The translations under genes and the position numbers were made by a program. 64,000 nt of DNA from Candidatus Sulfomarinibacteraceae bacterium (GTDB lineage Bacteria > Acidobacteriota > Thermoanaerobaculia > Thermoanaerobaculales > Sulfomarinibacteraceae), in NCBI GenBank assembly GCA_963796455.1, contig CAWCLO010000004.1, positions 896,001-960,000 on the forward strand, written 5' to 3'. Of the stretch, positions 9,921 to 19,500 are shown in pieces. Within the stretch, counting starts at the first letter, position 1; each line of letters starts with the position of its first letter. The notes below the pieces were generated by a model. The model searched no databases. It was not told the origin of the DNA and saw nothing but the letters and a program-made list of their open reading frames with translations.

Positions 9921-11084
9921 TCAGTCCTCGTAGATCTTGATCGCCACGATGGTGGACAACGGGATTTCATCGACGTAACGGACCACTCCTCCGCCCATGT
10001 CATCCTCAACCGCGAGCAGGAGGTCTGCTCCCTGGATGCCTCTCAGATGGCCCTCGCGGGTGACTCCACTGGTGATTCTGAGTTCGGCCCGTTTGCCGTC
10101 GGCCGCCCGGATCGCTGTTGTTTCGCCGGGCCCGAGGATCTGGAATCGAACGATTGTCTTGTGCTGGCGCGCCGCGCGGTCGATGGGTGCCGTCGGAAAA
10201 CCGAAACGTAATGAAATCCGGCGAGCGCGTTCCAAAAGCGCTTCCGCGTCCTCGAACCGTTGTTCGTTGGCCGCGTGGTTTGCGTCGTTGATAAAAATGG
10301 TCACGAGTTGCTCGGCGATTTCCACAACCGAGCTGTCGTTTCGATCGATGAGAGAGGCGGTGGCCAGGTTTCGAACCGCGCCCTCGAGATCGCCGCGGCC
10401 AAGCGCCAGACGGGCTTCCGCGATCGATTCCGCAAGGATCTTCTTCGGACTGTCGGTGTCATCGCGGCGAACCGTGGGGGTTGCAACGGGCGCCGGCGTC
10501 GGCACCGGTGTGTTCACCACCGGTGGTGTCGGCACCGCTTCGGTGCTTGGGTCTTTGGCTGCGAATGGGCCTTTGCCGAGAATGATCATCACTGCCACAA
10601 GGACCGCAGCGACCAATAGCACGAGGCCGACAATGATGGGCCAGGGTACCGGAGATGATGATTCTTCATCCGAGGGCTCGCGGTCGAGTTCGAGATCTCC
10701 GGGGGTGGACGGCCGGGCGGCGGACGATTGGGAAGGAGGGGCCGGTTGTGTGGGTTCCTGGGGAACGTCGCCGGCTCCAGGATCGAGCCCGCGAAGGGTT
10801 CGTTCGACGTGAGAGATTTCCCTGCCGACCGACGTGAAACCCATGCTCTCGAAGAGGTGGGCCACGGGAAAGAGCTCCCGCGCCATAGCGCCGAAGGCGA
10901 GCGGTTCACCCGATGCTTCGACTCCAGCCTCGAGCCGGCTGATGACGGAGGTCAAGCGCTCTTTCATAAGCGGAAACTCTTCGTTGCGGGTACCCATCGA
11001 TTCACATTTGCGCTCGATGTCTTTGAGACGGGCGATGACCGGTGTGAGTGCGGTCTGATTCGGGGAGTTTTCACCGTTCGTCAT
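9921..11084 (-). CDS. Hypothetical single-pass membrane protein with Pro-rich linkers, helical (TPR-like) region and small C-terminal beta domain
   Basis: 387 aa ORF; TM WPIIVGLVLLVAAVLVAVMIIL; PTPPVVNTPVPTPAP linker. Confidence 0.75.
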   Translation of the reverse strand: MTNGENSPNQTALTPVIARLKDIERKCESMGTRNEEFPLMKERLTSVISRLEAGVEASGEPLAFGAMARELFPVAHLFESMGFTSVGREISHVERTLRGLDPGAGDVPQEPTQPAPPSQSSAARPSTPGDLELDREPSDEESSSPVPWPIIVGLVLLVAAVLVAVMIILGKGPFAAKDPSTEAVPTPPVVNTPVPTPAPVATPTVRRDDTDSPKKILAESIAEARLALGRGDLEGAVRNLATASLIDRNDSSVVEIAEQLVTIFINDANHAANEQRFEDAEALLERARRISLRFGFPTAPIDRAARQHKTIVRFQILGPGETTAIRAADGKRAELRITSGVTREGHLRGIQGADLLLAVEDDMGGGVVRYVDEIPLSTIVAIKIYED

Positions 11085-11185
11085 TTCGTGTCGATCTTAT
11101 CCTAATCCGCTCTTCATCTCGCCTTCGAGCCTCGGAGAACGAAAGAAGGTCCACGAAGATCGATCTGTTCATCTAAAGTAAGGGG

Positions 11186-13210
11186 GTGAGATCTCGGACT
11201 TTAACTTTTGCAGGAGTGGCCCTTCTTCTCGTGGGCCTGCTGGCAAGCTGCAATGCTGCGCCGCCACGATTGGTCGATGTGGATGAGATCCGGGAATTCG
11301 GCGAACTCCGGGTTGCGGTGCGTCCCGGGTTTGTCGATGCTGCCGGTCAGTCGGGGCCGGATCCGGACGAGGCAGAGCTGTTGACCCTTCTTGCGGCCCG
11401 TCTCGGCGTCGAGCTCCGGTGGATCGAGGCCGCACGCCACGATCAGGTGTTGCCGATGATTCGAAGCGGCGGAGCCGACATCGGCGTGATTCGTTTCTCG
11501 CCCGCCTTTCTCCACGCCCACGATCTCGGCGACCCGTCGGCAATCGAATGGGTCGAGGATGTCCTGGTTACCTCGGATTCGTCCCACATCAATGACCTCG
11601 AGTCGGCTCGGGGCTCTTCGGTCCACATCCACCGCTCGCTTCTGACCGAGGCTGTCCACGGATTCGTACGGGCGAATGGACTGACGGTGGTCGAGGTGCC
11701 GGAAGAGGTGACGCTCGAAGAGACGATGCGAAGGGTCGCTTCGGGTCGCTACCCGTTGACCGTGACGGATTCGCGCTTTGCCCACGATCGGGGGGCTCTT
11801 GGGCGCTTCAGAGTCTTGGCATCGGTGGGTGGATCCAGGGCGGTCGTATGGGCAGTCAGGAATTCGAGTTCGCGACTCCGGATGGCGATCGATCAGTTTC
11901 TCTTTGCAGAAAGGGTATTGGCCCGGACAACGAAGATACCGGTGTGCCGCGATCTTAGTGAGATTCGCCGTCAAGGAGTGTTGCGGCTGGTCACTCGGAA
12001 CTCCGCAACCACCTACCGCGTGGACCGCGGTGGTCTTGGTGGTTTCGAGTACGAACTCGTTCGGTCCTTTGCACGATCAATCGGCGTTCGACTCGAGTTG
12101 TCGATCCCGCCGCCGGAGATCGATCCGGTGGCGTGGTTGGGGCAGGGCCACGGAGATCTGGCGGCGCTTCACGAACCGGTTGCCCCGGAAGACCAGGGCT
12201 CGGTGCTCGAGACCATCTCCTATCGGCGGGTCGATCTGATCTCGGTGTTGTCGTCCCGGACCAGGGCCCCGTCTTCAATTGGTGATCTGGCGGGCGTGCG
12301 GGTCGCGGCGTCGAGAGCGGTTGCCGAGTTGTGCCGCTTGATGCCGCTTGCTGCACCGTTGAGGGCCGCGGAGCCCTCGCCGGCCGGTGATGCAGCGGCC
12401 TCGGTTTCGTCGGTCCTTCGCCGCCAGGTTCCGGTCGCGGTGGTGGATGAGGATATGGCGAGGCTTGCGATCTCGAATCGTGGGGATCTGCAGCCGGGTC
12501 CGGTCATCATTCCCGGTGCGGAACTGGCGTGGTTGCTCAATTCGGGCTCGCCGGATCTACTTCGTGCCGCAAATGTGTTCCTCCTTGAAGCCCGATCATC
12601 AGGTTATGTTCGCCAGTTGGTGCTCAATGAGTTTCGTTCGTGGATGCCTCCTCGGCAGAAGGCGGCGTTACCGACACCGGATGGTGCTCTCAGCCCTTAC
12701 GATGAGCTCCTTCAATGGGTTGGGAGAAAGTATGAAATCGACTGGCGGCTTCTGGCCTCACTGATGTATGAAGAATCCCAATTCGATCCGGAGGCGGTCG
12801 GCCCCGGCGGTTCCGCGGGTCTGTTCCAGTTCATGCCGATGACCTGGCGCGAGCTCGGGGTCGAAGACCCCCATCATCCCGCGGAGGCGGCTGAAGCGGG
12901 GGCGCGCTACCTGCGGCAACTGATGGACTATTTCGAAGAGCTCCTTCTTCAGGACCGGGTGGCAATGGCCATTGCGTCATACAACGTCGGCCCGGGCCAT
13001 GTTTTCGACGCCCGGCGTCTGGCGCGTGAAATGGGATTCGACCCCGACCGATGGCAGGACTCAGTGGAGACCGCAATGCTCCTGCTCGACGATTCCGAGG
13101 TGGCGCGCAGTTATCCCTCCGGTGTTTGCCGTTGTCGCCGCGCGGTGGGCTACACCAGGAGGATTTTACGGCGCTACGCCGCCTACGCCGAGCAGTATCC
13201 CCCCGCCTGA
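11186..13210 (+). CDS. MltF-like lytic transglycosylase lipoprotein with two substrate-binding-protein domains
   Basis: Lipobox LLASC; two SBP-like modules (GELRVAV.., GVLRLVTRN..GFEYEL); SLT motifs DWRLLASLMYEESQF, GLFQFMP, ASYNVG. Confidence 0.85.
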   Translation: MRSRTLTFAGVALLLVGLLASCNAAPPRLVDVDEIREFGELRVAVRPGFVDAAGQSGPDPDEAELLTLLAARLGVELRWIEAARHDQVLPMIRSGGADIGVIRFSPAFLHAHDLGDPSAIEWVEDVLVTSDSSHINDLESARGSSVHIHRSLLTEAVHGFVRANGLTVVEVPEEVTLEETMRRVASGRYPLTVTDSRFAHDRGALGRFRVLASVGGSRAVVWAVRNSSSRLRMAIDQFLFAERVLARTTKIPVCRDLSEIRRQGVLRLVTRNSATTYRVDRGGLGGFEYELVRSFARSIGVRLELSIPPPEIDPVAWLGQGHGDLAALHEPVAPEDQGSVLETISYRRVDLISVLSSRTRAPSSIGDLAGVRVAASRAVAELCRLMPLAAPLRAAEPSPAGDAAASVSSVLRRQVPVAVVDEDMARLAISNRGDLQPGPVIIPGAELAWLLNSGSPDLLRAANVFLLEARSSGYVRQLVLNEFRSWMPPRQKAALPTPDGALSPYDELLQWVGRKYEIDWRLLASLMYEESQFDPEAVGPGGSAGLFQFMPMTWRELGVEDPHHPAEAAEAGARYLRQLMDYFEELLLQDRVAMAIASYNVGPGHVFDARRLAREMGFDPDRWQDSVETAMLLLDDSEVARSYPSGVCRCRRAVGYTRRILRRYAAYAEQYPPA

Positions 13211-13288
13211 GCAAGTCGACGTCATTGGGTCGTTGAGAGCTCGTCGAGTCTTGGAACAGCTGGGGAAAAGGGGAGAAACAGAGACAAT

Positions 13289-13552
13289 CCAGCTTGTCCG
13301 TTCCCGAACCCGATCCCGTTCCCGAATCTGTGAGATGAAGAACCGTACCCAACAGGGCGGAGGGGCAGAGGACCGCTCGGCATCCTCGCTATCGCTATCG
13401 AATAGCTGCGGTGGATACTGATCCTGAAGCAGAGAAAGGGAGAGGGAAAGGGGAGAAAGGGAGAAGCGGAGAAAGGGAGAAGGGGAGAGAAGCCTTGAAC
13501 TCTCGAAGAGGCGGGAGAAACTCCGAATTCCGAACTTCGAATTCAGAACTCA
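13289..13552. repeat. Intergenic cluster of 6-, 7- and 8-mer tandem repeats
   Basis: CCCGAA/CCCGTT run 13289-13326; ATCGCT 13386-13401; GGGAGAAA run 13431-13491; CCGAATT/TCGAACT-like run 13522-13552. Confidence 0.8.
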
Positions 13553-14710
13553 GATGTTGTTCGCCTGGAACATGTCCCGGAGCTGCAGCAAGGTCTTCGC
13601 GAAATTCGTTTCCTTCAGGTACTCCTGCAGCTGGGCACGGTCGGCCCCGTCGCGGACCTTTTCGTCCACCTTCGATGTGACCTCGTAGAAAACCGACAGA
13701 GGCTGAAGACCGAGGCGGGAGAAATTGACCTCGTACCAGTCGCTAGCGGTGACCTGATCCCAGATCAGAGAGGCCGGTGTGACCTCGTTGCTCCAGACTC
13801 CCTCGGCGACCCTTGTCACCTCGCGATACAGCTCCCGCAGCACGGCGCCATGGTCGTTGTTTTCCAGCGCGGTGCTGAGTTTCGTCTTCCGGTTGTCGCC
13901 CTCATCTGCGAAATCGGAGTCGTGTTCCGCCCGCGCGGCGGCTCTGGTCTCGACTTCCGATGCTTCGTCATCGACTGACTCTGGTGGGTCCTCGGATAGA
14001 GCCGGTATCGACGGGATCTCTTTGGTCGGGATGTCATCTTCATCGGTGACCCGCGGTTTGTCGGGTGAGGCCGTCTCTACAGCCGGTTCCGGCTTTGCCG
14101 CGCCCCGGGCATTGCGTTGCGGCCGGGTTGGCTCGTCCATACCGGCTGGTGACGCCGCCGGCTCGGGTTTCGGGTCCGGAGGATCGGGCGTCGCCTCCAC
14201 CGATTCGGATTTGGCGGCCGCTTGAACGGGTTTCTTTTTCTCGGGCGCCGACTGTATCGAGGCGACGTGTGCCGAGGTCTCTTCGATGGCTTTTCTGAAT
14301 CGTAGGTGGAAGGTTCCGAGAAACGAGAGTTCGGTCTCGGAGATGGGTCGCGCACGCCCGAGCTTGGAGCGCATCACATCGAGCTCCAGGAAGCGTGCGT
14401 GAAGGAGCGCAGGGCTCGGGGCGAGTGCCACGAAACCGGGAAAATGTTCGGAGTTCTTTTCGAGGATCTGGATCAGATCGGGAAAGGTCGCATAGTCCAT
14501 GATCTGCTGGTACTGGCCTTCGTACCAGTCAATGGATTTCTCTCGTTCCTTGGCTGCAACCAGACGTTCGAAGACCTCCTCGGGGAGGCCTTTGCGATAC
14601 CATTCTTCGCCATACACCCGCTCCAGCCCCTCGCGAATAGCGATCCTGAGCTGGCCGAGAATTTCGGAGACGATGCGGTACGCATCGATGTTTTGTTCAA
14701 GCCATTCCAT
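13550..14710 (-). CDS. Swt1-like HEPN-domain protein (degenerate Rx4H), disordered linker, C-terminal helical domain
   Basis: LRIAIREGLERVYGEEWY, IMDYATFPDLIQIL, ELDVMRSKLGRARPIS. Confidence 0.7.
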   Translation of the reverse strand: MEWLEQNIDAYRIVSEILGQLRIAIREGLERVYGEEWYRKGLPEEVFERLVAAKEREKSIDWYEGQYQQIMDYATFPDLIQILEKNSEHFPGFVALAPSPALLHARFLELDVMRSKLGRARPISETELSFLGTFHLRFRKAIEETSAHVASIQSAPEKKKPVQAAAKSESVEATPDPPDPKPEPAASPAGMDEPTRPQRNARGAAKPEPAVETASPDKPRVTDEDDIPTKEIPSIPALSEDPPESVDDEASEVETRAAARAEHDSDFADEGDNRKTKLSTALENNDHGAVLRELYREVTRVAEGVWSNEVTPASLIWDQVTASDWYEVNFSRLGLQPLSVFYEVTSKVDEKVRDGADRAQLQEYLKETNFAKTLLQLRDMFQANNI

Positions 14711-14844
14711 GTTTTCGATCTCCCAGCGGTCGCGAAGCTAAGAGAAGTCGAGATTATCACGTCGGATATGCGGTTGTCAGAACGGCTGATCGCCGCGATG
14801 ATGTCCGGCGGCCCCGGGGCTCGAAGTTTGATCCACCGCCGATA

Positions 14845-16305
14845 TCACTCCAGGGCATATGCGAAGTCGGGCAACACCGGGCTGTCCTGGAGGAGGAAGA
14901 CGTGGCAATTCTCGCAATCCATCGGAATGGTGAATTTTCCGTCAGCTGTGGCCATCTCGTCATCGTGACAGCGCCAACATCCTGGAAAGTCGTCGTGTCC
15001 GATGTGGTTTGGGTGGGTCTCCCAGTTGGTGTCCATCTCCGGGAAAACGGACCGACCGTAAAATTCAGCGGCGAGCTGGGCACCGCGTTCGATGAGATCG
15101 CGCTGGCTCGCTGCCACTGCTGGGTATTCCGAATCATAGAATTCGATGAGGTTCTGCCGTACGGCTTCCATGCCTTCGGCGTGGGTCGGGTAATCACCCT
15201 CGATAGCAGCCACCGCCTGGCGTTTAAAAAACGGCAGCTCGCTGAGCTCGGGGTGGGTATCCAGGAGCCAATCGACGGCCTTTGGCGGAACGTAGAAGGT
15301 GTGGGTCGGTCGGTTGTGGCAATCGACGCAATCCATGATCTTGGCCGCCGCGACCTCCTCATCAGACGGCGGGTCATCACCGTCCCTGGAGTAGGTCCTG
15401 ACCTCGCCGTCGCGGGTCGTGAGTTCGACCCATGTGATCTCCTCGCGGCGTTCGTCCGAGGAAAGGAAACGGATCTTGTTGTCCGAGTAGATATGCCACC
15501 AATGGATGCCGCCGTGACGTCCGGTGTCGAGCGTGCCGCCTCCGGTTTTCAGGAGCATTGCAGTGTACGAGGGCGTGTTGGCCTCGTCGGATTGGTAGCG
15601 GGAGAAGACGCGAAGTTTGTCACCGTGATGTTTGTTGGGCCAGTGGCAGTGCTCGCAGGTCTCGCGGGCCGGACGCAGGGTATGGAGTGGCGTAGAGATC
15701 GGCCGATCGTAGGTGTCGAGCGCGGTTCGCCAGACCTGTCGGAGGCCGTCGAGCTTCGATTTGACAAACCACGAGGCGCCGGGCCCGATATGGCATTCGA
15801 CACAGGCAACCCGTGAATGGGGGGAGTTCTGATAGGCCGTGAATTCAGGCTGCATCACGGTGTGGCAGGTTTCACCACAAAACTCAACCGTTTCCATTTC
15901 TTCGATCGCAAAGAAGGAGGCGGCGCCGAGAATCACGGTGTTGAGCGCGGTCACCACGATCACGGTCAGAGTCAGACGCCGGACCGCCGGAATGTTGAAA
16001 TCGAGTTTTGGATAGGATGTGATCTCGGCATCTGAGGTGCCCGCTTTCAGGAGGCGTTTGCGTCGGAACCACATTCCGATGGGAATCAAGATCAGCCCGA
16101 TCAGGAAGAAAACCGGCAAGACGGCGTAAGCAAAAAGACCGATATAGGGGTTGTCGAGCCCGCCCCAAAGCTGGGCGAGTAAGAACATGACGATCAGGAG
16201 CCCTGAAAGTGTGGTAATCACTGTTCCCGAAATTGTGAACGGATTGTTGGCGTAGTTGAAAAGCCGGCCAAAGAACCGGTCACGAGATTCCGTCGAAATA
16301 TTCAT
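14845..16305 (-). CDS. NapC/NirT-family membrane multiheme cytochrome c (ImcH-like)
   Basis: Three N-terminal TM helices; CGETCH (CX3CH), CVECH, CEHCH, CVDCH, CWRCH, CENCH; RPARETC motif; GGAGG SD. Confidence 0.88.
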   Translation of the reverse strand: MNISTESRDRFFGRLFNYANNPFTISGTVITTLSGLLIVMFLLAQLWGGLDNPYIGLFAYAVLPVFFLIGLILIPIGMWFRRKRLLKAGTSDAEITSYPKLDFNIPAVRRLTLTVIVVTALNTVILGAASFFAIEEMETVEFCGETCHTVMQPEFTAYQNSPHSRVACVECHIGPGASWFVKSKLDGLRQVWRTALDTYDRPISTPLHTLRPARETCEHCHWPNKHHGDKLRVFSRYQSDEANTPSYTAMLLKTGGGTLDTGRHGGIHWWHIYSDNKIRFLSSDERREEITWVELTTRDGEVRTYSRDGDDPPSDEEVAAAKIMDCVDCHNRPTHTFYVPPKAVDWLLDTHPELSELPFFKRQAVAAIEGDYPTHAEGMEAVRQNLIEFYDSEYPAVAASQRDLIERGAQLAAEFYGRSVFPEMDTNWETHPNHIGHDDFPGCWRCHDDEMATADGKFTIPMDCENCHVFLLQDSPVLPDFAYALE

Positions 16306-16420
16306 GGCGGGCGTCCTCCAGGTTTCTGTCTGCTGAGCCGGTGCTCATCATCCCCCGGTTCGAGGTTTACCGCAAGATCACTCGTCGGGACAGATTGATC
16401 TGGTCGAAGGGTTTATGGTC

Positions 16421-16510
16421 GAATTTTGTGAGAAGGGAAACAATGTTAAATATACGTTGTCTCAAAATTAAATGCGCACTATTGATATAACTTGAATAAT
16501 TCGTCACATA
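16421..16510. promoter_or_regulatory. AT-rich divergent promoter region with operator-like imperfect palindrome
   Basis: GAAACAATGT-N7-ACGTTGTCTC (16437-16463), and TGTGA/TCACA half sites at 16427 and 16504; one of the most AT-rich tracts in the window. Confidence 0.5.
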
Positions 16511-16560
16511 GAGATAGATTGCTCCGGAGTGGAGTGGCCACCGTTTCCGGAGGGGGTTTC

Positions 16561-19500
16561 ATGGCGAATCGAAACGCACGGATCAGAGGCCGCCAACCTG
16601 ACTTGTGGGTTGTGAACAGCGTCCTTTTCCTAGCTGTGTTGTTGTCCGCATCGGCGGCTATCGGACAGGAAAACGAAGACTGTCTGATGTGCCACGAAGA
16701 CCCCGAACTGGTCGGGGAAAGGGCCGGAGAAGAGATCTCGGTCTTTGTCGATCCGCAAGGCTTTGCGGTCTCGGTCCACGCCGAATTTGCGTGCATCGAC
16801 TGCCACATGGAGCTTGACGGGGTCGAGTTGCCTCACGAGGACGTGCTCGAACCGGTTGATTGCGCCATGTGTCACGACGATATGGCCGCCGATCTCGCGG
16901 CCGGGCCGCACGGAAAATGGGCAGTGAATCCGGCTTCGCCGGCTGCGGCCTGCACCAGCTGTCACGGCACTCACGATGTGTTGGAGACCTCGAATCCGAA
17001 GTCACCGGTTCATCCATCGGTAGTCGATGGTGTGTGCGCGAAGTGCCACCCCGCCGAACCGAAAAAGGTTGCGAGGAGCCCTCACGGTGCGATCGTCGAT
17101 GGCCGACCGAACGCCAATTGCGTCGATTGTCACTCCGGGCACGGGGTGATTGCTCCCGTCGAGCCGCTCGCCCAGATCGAATCCTGCGGTCAGTGCCACG
17201 AGACGGTGGCGGCACAGAACCGCGCCTCCTTACATGGCCGGGCTGCGGTCAAGGGAGACCCGGCGGCGCCCAACTGCATCATCTGCCATGATCACCACGA
17301 AATTCTTTCTCATACCGACCCGGCGGCTGCTACGAATGTGGTCAATGTGCCGATGCTTTGTGGCCGGTGCCACCGCGAGGGCACCGAGGTTTCTCTGCAG
17401 CACGACATCCCGCAGGATCGTATCCTCGAGAATTTCTCGATGTCGGTGCATGGTGAAGCGCTGTTTCAAAAGGGCTTGACGGTTACTGCGGTCTGCAGCT
17501 CGTGCCACACGGCGCACAATATCCTCGACCACAACAACCCACAGTCTTCGATCGCACGTGAAAATGTCGCCCGGACCTGCATGACTTGTCATGCCCGAAT
17601 CGAAGAGGTGCACGTCAAGGTGATCGAGGGCAGGTTGTGGGAAGAAGAACCGCACAAGGTTCCTTCCTGCGTCGAGTGCCACCAGCCGCACAAAATTCGT
17701 CGTCGTGCGGTTTCGCCCCAGGAGGCGAGCTCACGGCGCTGTCTGGAGTGCCACACCAACCCCGAACTCTCGACGGAGCGTGACGGCGAGACGGTGTCGT
17801 TGTTCATCGATGAGGAAGTCTACGGCTTTACCTCACATGCTGAGATCGCGTGCGCACAATGCCACACCGAGGTGACTCCCAACCACGCCGAGAGAGCCTG
17901 CGCCACCATCACCTCCCGGGTTGACTGTGGGATCTGCCACGCGCAGGCGGTCCAGGAGCACGACACCAGCCGCCACGGCCAACTCGCTGCAGCTGGAGAC
18001 GCCGATGCGCCGACATGCACCGATTGTCATGGCGACGCGCACGCGACGGTAGAGCACCGGTTGCCGACCTCGCCGACCTATGTCCGTAACGTCCCCGAGT
18101 TGTGTGGCACCTGCCACGGGAAGGGCGAGAGTGCCGATCTGCGCCTCGGCGACGACCGGGACATTGTTGCCACATATCTGGACAGCGCGCACGGACGCGG
18201 CCTGATGGGCAGCGGGCTGGTGGTGTCCGCAAGCTGTATCGACTGCCACACCGCACACACCGCTCTCCCGCACGACGATCCGGGATCGTCGGTCAATCAC
18301 TCGCGGATCACCGAGACCTGCGGCAATTGCCACAAGGGCATCGAGGAGCAGTTCAAAAACAGCATTCACTGGGCCGACAACGTCGTCACCAATGAGGAGC
18401 TTCCAACCTGCGAGAGCTGCCACATGTCGCACGAGATTACCCGGATCGATGCGCAGGGCTTCCGGATGCAGATGATGAATCAGTGCGGACACTGTCACGA
18501 GGACTACACGGAGACCTTCTTCGAGACCTATCACGGCAAAGTGACGCAACTCGGGTCCGAAGGCGCGGCGAAGTGTTACGACTGCCACGGAACCCATAAT
18601 ATTCTGCCGGCGGAAAATCCGGATTCGACCCTGAGCCACTGGAACAAGGTTCAAACCTGTGCAACCTGCCACCCCAAAGCCCACCGCCAGTTTGCGGGTT
18701 ATCTGACCCACGCGACCCACCACGACAAGGACCGCTACCCCTTCCTCTTCTATTCGTTCTGGTTCATGACGATCCTGCTCGTCACGACTCTGAGCTTTGC
18801 AGTTCTGCATACGATGGCCTGGCTGTTCCGTCTGTGGCGAACCAAGGACCAGTGGATCGCCCACAAGAACGGTGGTGAAACGAAGTTCTACCGCCGGTTC
18901 AGCCTGACTCAACGGATCATGCACTTCATCATGATTCTGAGTTTCTTCACCCTTGCCCTGACCGGCATGGCGTTGAAATTCTCGTACATGGGTTGGGCGG
19001 TCGTTCTCTCCCGCGCCCTGGGTGGATTCGACACCATGGGCACCCTCCACCGGATCGGCGCGGTGGTCTTGATCCTGCTCTTCATGTATCACCTGAGGGA
19101 AGTCTGGCGAGATTTCCGCGGCGGGGACAAGGGGATCTTCAGTTTCATCTTCAGCAAGAACTCGCTGATGTTCAATCTCACGGATATCCGTCAGGTCTTC
19201 GAATCGATCAAGTGGTTCTTCGGGCGCGGTCCGCGTCCTGAATACGGCCGCTACACCTACTGGGAAAAGTTTGATTATTTCGCGGTGTTCTGGGGCGTAT
19301 TCGTGATCGGATCGACCGGTCTCATGCTCTGGTTCCCCGAGTTCTTCACCATCTTGTTCCCGGGTTGGGCGCTCAACGTCGCCACGATCATTCACTCCGA
19401 TGAGGCGCTGCTCGCCGTCGCCTTCATTTTCACCATTCACTTCTTCAATACCCATTTCCGTCCCGACAAGTTCCCGATGGATCCGGTGATCTTTACCGGC

